A stretch of 29,153 bases of DNA from Candidatus Zhuqueibacterota bacterium (GCA_016783505.1 JADHWK010000002.1:62001-91153); one strand, 5' to 3'; shown: positions 7,997 through 18,523, counted from the first letter of the stretch. Notes: generated by a model not told the origin, from the letters alone. Numbers and translations are program-made.

Positions 7997-9553
7997 TCAT
8001 TTGCTATTTAGATTTTTATCATGTATATATGCTATAATATCACCAATGGCTCCAACCGCAATGCTAAATCCCCAAGAGTTCCATACTCCCTGCGGATTCT
8101 TATCAAACAAAGCATAATCCATATATAAAGCACTTACGAGTTGTATCCCCCATACAATTTTATATACTGGGGATTGTTCACCTATACTAATTCCTTCTGA
8201 AGGGAAAGGAGCCATTATAGGAAATAAACCACAAAACCCATTAACAAGCAAACCGGATATAGTCCCATCTACATAAGCAAAATGTTCGGGTATTTCTGAT
8301 TCATCTTTTAAAAGCGCCGTGCTTCCCCAATATGTTGGTCTGACTAAACCCAGCTCCTTGGGCTTTGGATATGCGTTGATTTGCCCCACTTTTTCGGATT
8401 TTTTCAACGTAAAATCGAGAATTTTGGAATCATTAGGTAACATCTCAATTTGTTTCTCTTCTGAAGGATATCCAGAAAGGTTAACTCTGATTGTATGCCG
8501 CCCCACCGGCACTGAAGTGGACAACACCGTCTGTCCCTTCTTCACCCCATCCACATAAACATCCGCCCCCTCGGGAACAGAAGTTACCAGCAACTTCCCG
8601 GGCAGCCCCTCAAGGGTTAACGAAACCCGGGTTGTCTGTTCATAATAAACTTCAACCTCCTTTTCAGATTCTGTATAATTTTCCTTAACGCCTTTGAGGC
8701 GATGCTTTCCCACCTGAACCGCCTCCAGCTTTTTCGGGGCCTGCCCCATATAATTTCCGTCAAGGTAAATCAGAGCACCGGTAGGACTTGTTTTCACATC
8801 AATGAAACCGGTCTGAAGGGAAAGGAAGCGTTTAATCTTATTTGTCTCATCTTTATTCACAAGAACGACTTCATTGATAGTAGCATAACCTTTTTTTGTA
8901 ATAGTAAGGTTGTGCCGTCCGGTAGTTGTTTTCAGGGTCTGCGGAGAAAGTCCCTGCTCCTGGGCGTCTAAGAAAATACGGGCTCCCGAGGGGGTCGTAG
9001 TTATTTCCAGAGCACCGTAAGCTAACTTCTTTGTCGGCGGCTCACCAAACCTGGTGGTTGGTGGCGGAACGGGTTCCCCTCCCACCAGATCAATAGCCGC
9101 CTTCCTTATCCCCGTTTTCATCACGTCCTCAATTCCGCCCTCAATATCTTCGGTGGACTCCCCCAAAATGGCAGAGGTTTCCACATCAATTAATCTTAAG
9201 TCTATGGAATACAAGTTCCCTACCTTGCTGATGCTCCCCCCTACCATCAGTTGCACACCAAGGATTTCACCCGCCTGAACGATGCATTCAGAGGAGGTAC
9301 AGCCCTTCTGCTGAAAGCCCATTTCCGTTAGAATTTCATCCATCTTCCCCCGCTCCAAAACGGTAAACCGCCGGGTGCCGATCAACCCAGAACGGAGCCT
9401 CTCGGTCAACGCCCGCACCTCAGTCTCCGAAACCCCAATAGCATCCAAATCCAGCACTGCCAGGGTTTTCTTCTCCTGCCCATAAAGAATAGATGATATA
9501 TTAACAATTATGGCAAGGGCAATCCCAAAGTTCAATAGAACTTGCTTGAGCAT
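7997..9553 (-). CDS. Secreted CsgG/FlgO-like domain plus three PEGA domains
   Basis: LAVLDL...FTVLER..MD.IL.E..FQ..GC...C...G.ILG; three repeats of L.I.T.P.GA.I.LDG...G..P. Confidence 0.85.
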   Translation of the reverse strand: MLKQVLLNFGIALAIIVNISSILYGQEKKTLAVLDLDAIGVSETEVRALTERLRSGLIGTRRFTVLERGKMDEILTEMGFQQKGCTSSECIVQAGEILGVQLMVGGSISKVGNLYSIDLRLIDVETSAILGESTEDIEGGIEDVMKTGIRKAAIDLVGGEPVPPPTTRFGEPPTKKLAYGALEITTTPSGARIFLDAQEQGLSPQTLKTTTGRHNLTITKKGYATINEVVLVNKDETNKIKRFLSLQTGFIDVKTSPTGALIYLDGNYMGQAPKKLEAVQVGKHRLKGVKENYTESEKEVEVYYEQTTRVSLTLEGLPGKLLVTSVPEGADVYVDGVKKGQTVLSTSVPVGRHTIRVNLSGYPSEEKQIEMLPNDSKILDFTLKKSEKVGQINAYPKPKELGLVRPTYWGSTALLKDESEIPEHFAYVDGTISGLLVNGFCGLFPIMAPFPSEGISIGEQSPVYKIVWGIQLVSALYMDYALFDKNPQGVWNSWGFSIAVGAIGDIIAYIHDKNLNSK

Positions 9554-9641
9554 AAATGCCCTCCTTTTTTATCATTCATTTAGATTAGTGAAAGCTATAT
9601 TTTAATATAGCAATTAATTATTAAAAATCAAGTAAAATTTC

Positions 9642-9679
9642 AAAAAACAAAAAGCCTACTCAAGATGAATGAATAGGCC
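9642..9679 (-). repeat. Terminator-module repeat, copy C (partial)
   Basis: 38 bp identical to 11299-11336; minus-strand hairpin GGCCTATTCA/TGAGTAGGCT followed by a U-tract. Confidence 0.85.
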
Positions 9680-9808
9680 CTGACAATAAGAAAAGCTAAG
9701 CCCCCTATTTACGGATTTTATGACTTAGCCTTTTCAGTCCAATCAAATTGTCAACGAAAATCTAAAGTCAAATTTTTCTTTTCGGACAGCGTAACCCCTA
9801 CTTCATTC

Positions 9809-10321
9809 CTAAGACGATTGTCGTATCTTGTTGACTAATATATTGAAAGCATCTTTTTGACTACTTATTTTAAGATCGTCAATACTCCCTGATCTATTTT
9901 CTGGTAATTCAGAAATTGGATAAACCTGCCCGATACTACCACTTTTTATATGGTCCCAAAACTCTTCAGGTGGTTTCACAGTCCGTTTGTCCCAATCCCC
10001 ATGATGAATTAAGACGCCACTGGGATGGGCAGTTGTGCCTACAAAAGCTAACCCAAAGGGTTGTTGGTCAATTGCTTTTTCCATGTAGTCTACTCGGTTT
10101 CCATTAGCCATATAATAAATGGTTCCATTATAACTTTGCGAACCAGAAGCTAAAACCAAAACACTATCATACTTCTGCTTTAGAGATTCAGTAATAATGT
10201 CTGGTAACCTTCCAGGCTCGACAATTCGATATTCGTTTGTTGGACAAAGACTTTCCCATTCTTCTCTTGATTCACCCGATGTATCAAACCAACTATATTT
10301 CATTTTGGTCTTTTTCTTCAT
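9809..10321 (-). CDS. Hypothetical protein (cassette-like)
   Basis: 170-aa ORF with GAGGGG RBS, starting just downstream of a GTTACGG core site. Confidence 0.7.
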   Translation of the reverse strand: MKKKTKMKYSWFDTSGESREEWESLCPTNEYRIVEPGRLPDIITESLKQKYDSVLVLASGSQSYNGTIYYMANGNRVDYMEKAIDQQPFGLAFVGTTAHPSGVLIHHGDWDKRTVKPPEEFWDHIKSGSIGQVYPISELPENRSGSIDDLKISSQKDAFNILVNKIRQSS

Positions 10322-10359
10322 AATTAGCCCCTCTTCTCATTGTATATTATGGTATTTTG

Positions 10360-10387
10360 CCGTAACTATAATTAGTGTGGGTTAGCC
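10360..10387 (-). other. Truncated attC or attC/attI-like hybrid site
   Basis: Minus strand GGCTAAC-ccacactaattata-GTTACGG directly after the stop of 10404..11015. Confidence 0.45.
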
Positions 10388-10403
10388 ACCATCCTAAACC
10401 TAA

Positions 10404-11015
10404 TTATTCAAATGCATCTTCAATTGCCTTTTTCTTTTCAACTTCTTTTTTTACTTCCATGAGTTTTTCAACAGTAAGGCCTTCTCGTAAAATCAAAACA
10501 TCATCATAATCAAAATATAAGGTCTCCGGCTTGTGATTGATGTATTCGTTTCTAGTTCGAATTTTACCAAAGCTTAAAACAAATTGGTGTCTTTCTTTAT
10601 TTTGTGATAAGAATGAGGCCGTAACAAGGCAGGGTTTCCAGGATGAGGGAAAAGAACTATGCCAATCATCCCCCAATTTGAAATATCCTCTTAGTCTGAA
10701 ATCTCCAATTGTTTTTTCCAATTTAACTTCCATTTCAATTGCCTTATTACGCCATTCAATATACTTATCAATCAAAGCTGTAAATATTCCTCTGTCTAAT
10801 TTATCTAATTCATAAGCGACAGTGGTAATAAATTCTTTAAAATATATGGATACCTTATCTTCTTTAATATCATACCTTAAATCAAGGTTCCTTTCACCGA
10901 GAGTTTTCCAAACATCATTATAATAATTTCCTTTTACAATTAAGTAGCGTTCTTGACCAGCAAACAAAAGACAATTGAATAAAAGCATTAGGGATAATAT
11001 TGTTTTATTTTTCAT
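10404..11015 (-). CDS. Hypothetical secreted protein (gene cassette)
   Basis: 203-aa ORF, signal peptide, AAGGA RBS, lies between the attC at 11041 and the site at 10360. Confidence 0.75.
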   Translation of the reverse strand: MKNKTILSLMLLFNCLLFAGQERYLIVKGNYYNDVWKTLGERNLDLRYDIKEDKVSIYFKEFITTVAYELDKLDRGIFTALIDKYIEWRNKAIEMEVKLEKTIGDFRLRGYFKLGDDWHSSFPSSWKPCLVTASFLSQNKERHQFVLSFGKIRTRNEYINHKPETLYFDYDDVLILREGLTVEKLMEVKKEVEKKKAIEDAFE

Positions 11016-11040
11016 TTGCTATTTCCTTCTATCTAATGCG

Positions 11041-11102
11041 TGCTAACGGATTAGCTCACATTCCCGGCGGCGTTTCGCCGTCCGGTACAGCGGGGATTAG
11101 AA
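11041..11102 (-). other. Integron attC site
   Basis: TTCTAAT-CCCCGCTGTACCGGACGGC-GAAAC-GCCGCCGG...GTGAGCTAATCC-GTTAGCA; GC-rich palindrome in AT-rich DNA. Confidence 0.75.
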
Positions 11103-11170
11103 AGCAAAGACATAAACTCATCCTATCATCCTATTACTTCTGGTGGGGGTTATTAATAATCAATTTTGCT

Positions 11171-11188
11171 TTCTAACTCGTAATTATC
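11171..11188 (-). other. attI-like simple site
   Basis: Minus strand GATAATTACGA-GTTAGAA, about 20 bp downstream of a promoter; the bases after its G pair with the R'' side of the next attC. Confidence 0.45.
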
Positions 11189-11206
11189 TCGATTCAATCC
11201 TTTTCT

Positions 11207-11235
11207 AATTTAAATCATTCACAGGAAAAAGTCAA
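11207..11235 (-). promoter_or_regulatory. sigma70-type promoter facing the cassettes (Pc-like position)
   Basis: TTGACT-17bp-TAAATT. Confidence 0.6.
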
Positions 11236-11390
11236 GCTTTTAATAAGGTAATTTCTGAATTAATCTAATCCCAGATTTGAGTAAAAGTCTTATATTAAAA
11301 AAAACAAAAAGCCTACTCAAGATGAATGAATAGGCCTTGTTTAATAAAAAAGGAGGATTTTGGGAGAATTGACCCTGTTTTTATGGCTAA
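11226..11390 (-). repeat. Terminator+promoter module repeat, copy B
   Basis: Colinear similarity with 13045-13212 along the whole length. Confidence 0.85.
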
Positions 11391-11464
11391 TACCTACGGA
11401 TTAGAAGTCCGTTTGTCGTCTCAATCAATACTAGCCAATAATCACTGAGAGTAATCAGGGCAGG

Positions 11465-11749
11465 TTACATTTCAGAAATCATTTTGTCAAAACGGTCTAC
11501 TGTTACTGCAGGAGATGTGGAAAATGAGATGCCCGTTATTTGACTCAAAGAAACAGATGCTTTCATTGCTTCCTTAGTATTAGGGAAATCCGCTATAATA
11601 ACAAGATCGTATTCTCCTAATAGGGCATACATCGATTTTACTGCACCACCATACTTCTCGATGAGACTGTTACCCCTTTTTGTGCGTTCGGCACTCATTC
11701 CCTTGATAGCCTCCGATGTATACTTTCCAAACATAAAAAATGTTGACAT
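11465..11749 (-). CDS. GYD domain protein
   Basis: 94 aa; KYT..A...GG.V..MY.LLGEYDLV.I.DFP. Confidence 0.9.
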   Translation of the reverse strand: MSTFFMFGKYTSEAIKGMSAERTKRGNSLIEKYGGAVKSMYALLGEYDLVIIADFPNTKEAMKASVSLSQITGISFSTSPAVTVDRFDKMISEM

Positions 11750-11852
11750 GTTTGACCCCTCTAAATTATTAACGGTTATTGAAATGAATTAATATATTAA
11801 ATATAACAATTATTTTAAAAAAAGCAACAATAAAATTGGGATTTCAGGAAAT

Positions 11853-11883
11853 AAAAAACCCCGCATTTAGCGGGGTTTGGTTT
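11853..11883. terminator. Intrinsic terminator after the proteasome-like gene
   Basis: AAACCCCGC-ATTTA-GCGGGGTTT. Confidence 0.8.
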
Positions 11884-11904
11884 ACCAATCAAGAAATCGT
11901 TTTA

Positions 11905-12804
11905 CTATTTAAAAACTATTTTCCTAAGTGCTTCTTTTAGCTCATCTACCCTTTTTGAAATTTTCCCCTTGTTATACTTTCCGTCTTTAATTTCAGGTTC
12001 CTTGTCTGATATATAAACTATTTGAGGATCTCCACCCACATAATCATCAATTTCTTCCCTTATCCAATAAATACAAGCTGCTATTCGAGAGACTATCACT
12101 TTACATTCAAGGGGAATTTTACCGTTATGCCGAGGAAAAAGATATTTCGCTAGTGTTCTGGCATAATCCCTTCCATGTCCAACTAAACAGGCATATTTAA
12201 TTTTCGACCCAAATCCACGGGGGCCAATTTCGTATAATCTCGCATCTCCTTTGCTTAGTTCAGATAAACCCCCCAATATAAAGTGTAAAGGGTATTCTCC
12301 AATTTTGGGCCCGTATCTTTCTTCGGTTTTCTCTACCAAGTCCTCCGCTATCATTTTGATTGAAAGTAAAGAATTAATTTTCCCCTCTTGAATGTTTGCT
12401 ATCAATGTTTTTTCAAATATTTCTATGAAATCATCTATTACCCCTATTATTCCAGCACTGGCAAATATAATAGGAGCTCCTTCCACAGTAGTAATAGTTT
12501 TTACTTTCTTTTCATAATCAGTCTCTCCGCCCCTCATTGTTTTTGTATCTCCCCCAAGAACAATTCCATCTTTTCCTCTCACTCCTATTATTAGAGTAGA
12601 CTTTCCCAGCATGTCCTCACCCAGCATTTTCTTATATAACCACCTCTTATATTTTTCCTTATTAGCTTCATTTAGTTCATCCAAAAGTTGAATTTCTTTT
12701 GGATATGCTATTTTAGGAAAAATCTTCTCTAATCCTTCTATCTCTTTCTTGATTTTCTTCTTTCCCCCAGCATAATTACCAACATCCATCTTCCGCAATT
12801 CCAT
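11905..12804 (-). CDS. Proteasome beta-subunit-like Ntn hydrolase with N-terminal extension
   Basis: TLIIGVRGKDGIVLGGDTK (Thr1/Asp17), KKV, SAG, FILGG, LYEI.P.G, GHG..YA, DDYVGG. Start set at MELRK behind a GGGGGAG RBS (track start 12825). Confidence 0.8.
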   Translation of the reverse strand: MELRKMDVGNYAGGKKKIKKEIEGLEKIFPKIAYPKEIQLLDELNEANKEKYKRWLYKKMLGEDMLGKSTLIIGVRGKDGIVLGGDTKTMRGGETDYEKKVKTITTVEGAPIIFASAGIIGVIDDFIEIFEKTLIANIQEGKINSLLSIKMIAEDLVEKTEERYGPKIGEYPLHFILGGLSELSKGDARLYEIGPRGFGSKIKYACLVGHGRDYARTLAKYLFPRHNGKIPLECKVIVSRIAACIYWIREEIDDYVGGDPQIVYISDKEPEIKDGKYNKGKISKRVDELKEALRKIVFK

Positions 12805-13044
12805 TCTCTCTCCCCCTTCTTTCATTTATAATTATCTATATCTATATTTCTAGGCTTTATTCAAATTCCCATTTGCTAATTTCAGATCATCCCAATCAAA
12901 AAATAAATAATTCCAGGCTTTTCTAAATCATATGGCAAAAACCAGACCAATTTTAAGTGTAGCTGGATCGCTATTTTTGAATGAACTAAAGGGCAAGTTT
13001 TGCCTGGCATGTTTTGAACGAATTCAATATACTAACTTTTTAAA

Positions 13045-13212
13045 AAAAAGTCAAGCCTTTAATACCATAATTTTTGAACTTATCTAAATCCAGTTTTGGA
13101 GGACAGCCAGATATTTAATGAAAAACAAAAAGGCCCACTCAAGATGAATGAATAGACCTTTTTTCATAAAAACGGACAATTTCTGGACAATTGACCCTTA
13201 TTTTATAGCTAA
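13045..13212 (-). repeat. Terminator+promoter module repeat, copy A (adjacent to the groEL terminator)
   Basis: Hairpin GGTCTATTCA/TGAGTGGGCC with U-tract, then TTGACT (13049-13054)-17bp-TATATT (13026-13031). Confidence 0.85.
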
Positions 13213-13240
13213 AAACCCCTGTCGGCTTGACAGGGGTTTT
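13211..13240 (-). terminator. groEL terminator
   Basis: AAAACCCCTGTC-GGCTT-GACAGGGGTTTT perfect stem. Confidence 0.9.
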
Positions 13241-13252
13241 CATTTTGTGGAT

Positions 13253-14872
<1,620 letters not shown>

Positions 14873-14915
14873 CTATGAACCCTCCTTTCTGAAAATCTCT
14901 TGGTTAAATTAGAAC

Positions 14916-15188
14916 CTATTCTTCCACTATGCCTAAAATATCATCCCTTTTTACAATTAGATATTTCTCCCCCCCGATTTCCACATCCGTTCCCCCGTAC
15001 TTGGCATAGATGATCCGGTCGCCCTTCTTGACCACCTCTTTTAACTCCTCATCATTACCCACCGCCACCACATCCCCCATCTGGGGTTTCTCCTTGGCGG
15101 TGTCTGGTATAATGATGTTGCCTACCTTCCTCTTTTCCTCCTCCAGGGGTTTTACCACTACCCGATCGTCAATCGGAATTATCCTCAT
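14916..15188 (-). CDS. groES: Co-chaperonin GroES (groEL-proximal copy)
   Basis: [41 protein letters not shown]. Confidence 0.97.
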   Translation of the reverse strand: MRIIPIDDRVVVKPLEEEKRKVGNIIIPDTAKEKPQMGDVVAVGNDEELKEVVKKGDRIIYAKYGGTDVEIGGEKYLIVKRDDILGIVEE

Positions 15189-15270
15189 GATCCCTCCTTT
15201 CCTTATCGCATGATTCGTTAATCAGAACTTTGACTTAGCCCCTTTTGAGCGAGCACTAATTTCGGACACA

Positions 15271-15299
15271 AATATAATAAAATATTATTAGGATGTCAA
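15271..15299 (-). promoter_or_regulatory. sigma70-type promoter for groES-groEL
   Basis: TTGACA-17bp-TATATT. Confidence 0.7.
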
Positions 15300-15355
15300 G
15301 CCTTTTCTGTTATTTTTAACCTTTTCTTTCAGTGGGTTGGATGCAAGTATGTTTT

Positions 15356-15673
15356 TTAATCCACCACTACCCCGTGAATATCGGACCGATCCAGAATCAA
15401 AAGTTTCTCCCCCTCTACTTCCACCTCGGTCCCACCGTATTTAGCATAGATGAGCCGATCCCCAACTTTCACCAATTTACTAAATTTCTTCCACTTCTTT
15501 TTCTCCTCCTCTTTGGGCTCCCGATCATTACCCATAGCGATGACTTCCCCGATCTGGGGTTTCTCCTTGGCGGTGTCAGGAATTATGATTCCACCCACCT
15601 TTTTCTCTTCTTCCTCAAGAGTCCTTACCAAGACCCGTTCATCCAAGGGTTTAATTCTCATTTTTCCCTCCAC
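15356..15673 (-). CDS. groES: Co-chaperonin GroES (second copy, with charged insertion)
   Basis: [40 protein letters not shown]; start may be the internal MRIKP. Confidence 0.95.
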   Translation of the reverse strand: MEGKMRIKPLDERVLVRTLEEEEKKVGGIIIPDTAKEKPQIGEVIAMGNDREPKEEEKKKWKKFSKLVKVGDRLIYAKYGGTEVEVEGEKLLILDRSDIHGVVVD

Positions 15674-15821
15674 AAAATCCCGCTTCTATGCCTTGGGGAT
15701 ATTAATTTTTGTCCCCTCTGCGGCTTTTTTCCTTTTCTTTCTCCTCTTCCAATTCAGCCGAATGCGGTTACGGATAATTCTTTGCTTGCTCTAACTTCTG
15801 CCCATAAACCGCAACCTTTAT

Positions 15822-15851
15822 ACTCTAATCTATTTCTACCTCAAGTGTCAA
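15822..15851 (-). promoter_or_regulatory. Possible promoter for the distal groES
   Basis: TTGACA-18bp-TAGAGT. Confidence 0.4.
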
Positions 15852-16105
15852 ATCCCAACAAAAAAGGAGCGGACATTTAAATGATCCCCTTCTCGTGGTT
15901 TCTTATTCCATCCAATAGGAATATAAAATCCCTTTGCACCTAGACACCCTTTTTCAAGGAATGTCCCCATAACTGGCATCAATCTTATCAACCATATCGA
16001 ATTGCGGATTTCTTCTTCATTATGCAAATGACGTGCCAAAAATATAATCTTAAAAATAACAAGGACTTAACATATAACAGAATGGGGGTTAGCCGACCAA
16101 ATCTG

Positions 16106-16309
16106 TCATTGTGGCATAAAGATGAGGGCTATCCCCACCCCAATAATTAGAACAGGAAGGGAAAGCAGAAGCCACCCCGATCCCAGGTTATTCAACAGCC
16201 AGATCACCCCAACGATTAAAAGAATTACCCCAATGAAAGGGCTCTTTTCTCCCCCTTTCCTTATATTGTCTTTCATTCTCTTCTTCATAACGTCCAGGGA
16301 TTTCATCAT
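16106..16309 (-). CDS. Small two-TM membrane protein (LiaF-TM/DUF5668-like)
   Basis: GVILLIVGVIWLLNNLG...PVLIIGVGIALI. Confidence 0.6.
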   Translation of the reverse strand: MMKSLDVMKKRMKDNIRKGGEKSPFIGVILLIVGVIWLLNNLGSGWLLLSLPVLIIGVGIALIFMPQ

Positions 16310-16326
16310 TTACCCCCCAGGCTAAA

Positions 16327-18348
16327 TTAAGATGTTTCCAGTGACTCATAGACCAGTTCAGCGATATCCTTAACGTCCATCTGCCCTTCCCGATCGGTCT
16401 CTTTAATGCCATCGCTGATCATCGTCATACAGAAAGGGCAGGCCAGGGATACGATCCCGGCATTCGTCTCGGCCAACTGATCTACCCGCATTTGGTTGAT
16501 TCGCGATCCGATTTTCTCTTCCAGCCACATCCGGCCGCCGCCGGCGCCACAGCAGAGACCCCGGTGGTGGTGAAGGATAGGTTCCACCAGTTCAAGGCCC
16601 GGGATGCTACTTAAAATCTGGCGTGGGGGGTGATAAATCCGATTGTAGCGGCCCAGATAGCAGGAATCATGGTAAACCACCTTTTCGCCCAGGGGTTTTC
16701 GAAAACGGAACTTCCCCCCTTCAATAAGCTTTTGAATAAACTCAGAATGGTGATACACGCTGAAATCCCCCCCGAATTGGGGATATTCGTTCTTGAAGAC
16801 ATTATAACCATGGGGACAGGTGGTTAAAATCTTCTTCACTCCGTAGCCTTCAAACTGCTCAATGTTAGCCTTGGCCATCATCTGAAAGAGGTACTCGTTT
16901 CCCAGCCGGCGGGCCTGGTCCCCGCAACACCCCTCTTCTGTACCCAGGATGGCAAAGCTTACCCCCGCCCGTTGGAGTAGCTTCGCAAAGCTCCGGCAGA
17001 CTTTCTTGTTCCGCTCATCAAATGCGCCAGCACATCCCACATAGTAGAGATACTCCACCCTTTGGTTTTCTGCCAGGAGGGGTATTTCCAGATCCTGAGC
17101 CCAATCCTGCCTGGAAGCGGCACCGATCCCCCACGGGTTTGAGTTATTCTCCAGGCCCTTGAATACTGGAATAAGCTCGGGGGGAAAAGACGATTCCATA
17201 AGAACCTGATAGCGCCTCTGTTCCACCAGTTTATCGAGGTGTTCGATGAACAGGGGACAGGCTTCCTCGCACCAATGGCAGGTGGTGCACGACCATATTA
17301 CATCCTCTGAAACCACTTCTTCGCTTGTCAGGGCCGGCCCGGGCCACTGCTTATCCCCCATCTTACTCAGAATATAGGGCTGCTTGGCGTAGAGGTGATC
17401 CCGGTAGTCCGTGATAATTCGCTTGGGGGAAAGGGGCTTTTCGGTTAAATGGGCAGGGCAGAACTCCTGACAGCGGCCGCACTCGGTGCAGGAAAACAGG
17501 TCGAGATATTGCTTCCAGGTGAATTCTTCGATCCGGGAGACGCCGAAACTTTCGGCAGCCTCATCCTCCAGGTCCAAGGGCTTCGGGGTTCCAACGGGAC
17601 CCTCATCTTCGAGTCGGGCAAAGAACACATTGGGCAGGGAAGTAATAATATGGAAATGCTTCCCCAGGGGAAGAAGGTTAAGAAAGACAAACAGGGTAAT
17701 GATATGTATCCACCAAGCGGTGATGAAAGTAGCTTTCAGCCCCCCGGCGTCCATCCCGGCAAAAACGCCACACAGAGCAGACTGTATGGGGGACCAGCTG
17801 TGCTTGAGGGGCCCAAAAGCGGCCTCAGTACCGCTCATGACAAAATCGGCGATCATCAGGATACCAATAAGCCCCAGGATGAGATAAGCCTCAGCGGATT
17901 GAGTAATCCGATCCGGCCTTACCACCGCCCGGCGGTAGACGGCGAGGACGACCATGATCAAAACCAGAATCTCAAACACATCCCGAACAGGAATGTAAAC
18001 GGAGCCAAGGGGTGAACCGGGGCTGAAAAAGGGAAGAGCAAATCCAGTTACAAATCCCCCGCCCACGTGATGGATCGTATTAATGGCCACCGCTAGGAAT
18101 CCCCAGAAGATGAAGGCGTGCATGATACCTGAAAGGGGGTCCCCCCCGATGGTGCGCTTTTGACCGATAGCGTAGGTCAATAGCTGTTTAACCCGGGCAC
18201 CCCAGCGGTTAAAGCGGTGATCAGGACGGGCCTTCAGCAAAAGTCCCAGGCGCCCCCAGATGGTATGGGCAAAAAGGACAACGGCCCCCAACACCAGCAC
18301 ACAGTAGAGGACAAAACCCCCCGGAAACGGAGTCGGATCCAGCTTCAA
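16327..18348 (-). CDS. Membrane Fe-S oxidoreductase, FadF/heterodisulfide-reductase-like (probable ETF:quinone oxidoreductase)
   Basis: Cytochrome-b-like TM domain with His ligands; CTECGRCQEFCP and CTTCHWCEEACP; two CCG domains; lies near etfA. Confidence 0.92.
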   Translation of the reverse strand: MKLDPTPFPGGFVLYCVLVLGAVVLFAHTIWGRLGLLLKARPDHRFNRWGARVKQLLTYAIGQKRTIGGDPLSGIMHAFIFWGFLAVAINTIHHVGGGFVTGFALPFFSPGSPLGSVYIPVRDVFEILVLIMVVLAVYRRAVVRPDRITQSAEAYLILGLIGILMIADFVMSGTEAAFGPLKHSWSPIQSALCGVFAGMDAGGLKATFITAWWIHIITLFVFLNLLPLGKHFHIITSLPNVFFARLEDEGPVGTPKPLDLEDEAAESFGVSRIEEFTWKQYLDLFSCTECGRCQEFCPAHLTEKPLSPKRIITDYRDHLYAKQPYILSKMGDKQWPGPALTSEEVVSEDVIWSCTTCHWCEEACPLFIEHLDKLVEQRRYQVLMESSFPPELIPVFKGLENNSNPWGIGAASRQDWAQDLEIPLLAENQRVEYLYYVGCAGAFDERNKKVCRSFAKLLQRAGVSFAILGTEEGCCGDQARRLGNEYLFQMMAKANIEQFEGYGVKKILTTCPHGYNVFKNEYPQFGGDFSVYHHSEFIQKLIEGGKFRFRKPLGEKVVYHDSCYLGRYNRIYHPPRQILSSIPGLELVEPILHHHRGLCCGAGGGRMWLEEKIGSRINQMRVDQLAETNAGIVSLACPFCMTMISDGIKETDREGQMDVKDIAELVYESLETS

Positions 18349-18414
18349 GGGACAATCCTTTCAACCCAGATTCTGGAAACACTGTCGGAACGATCTTGGG
18401 AAACGAGACTGAAA

Positions 18415-18523
18415 TGATTGCTAATTACTGATTGCTGATTGCTGATTGATGCTGGAGCCTGGGTTTTAACAATTGACAACCTGCCCGCCAAGTCTTGGCA
18501 GGCGGGTTAACAATCAACAATTC
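18415..18523. repeat. Heptamer tandem repeats flanking a REP-like palindrome
   Basis: TGATTGC-like units at 18415-18450; AACAATT/C units on both sides of ACCTGCCCGCCAAG-T-CTTGGCAGGCGGGT (18479-18507). Confidence 0.6.

Noticed and set aside
9642-13160. 38-bp repeats as a CRISPR array
   Set aside because: Copies are about 1.7-1.8 kb apart, embedded in a longer module, and no cas genes are present
15235-15259. CIRCE (HrcA) operator upstream of groES
   Set aside because: TTAGTGCTC...GGGGCTAA spans 25 bp instead of 27 and has several mismatches; position is suggestive but support is insufficient
15332-16039. ORFs 15332..15880, 15450..15794, 15848..16039
   Set aside because: The first two are antisense to groES; the third is short with no motif or clear RBS
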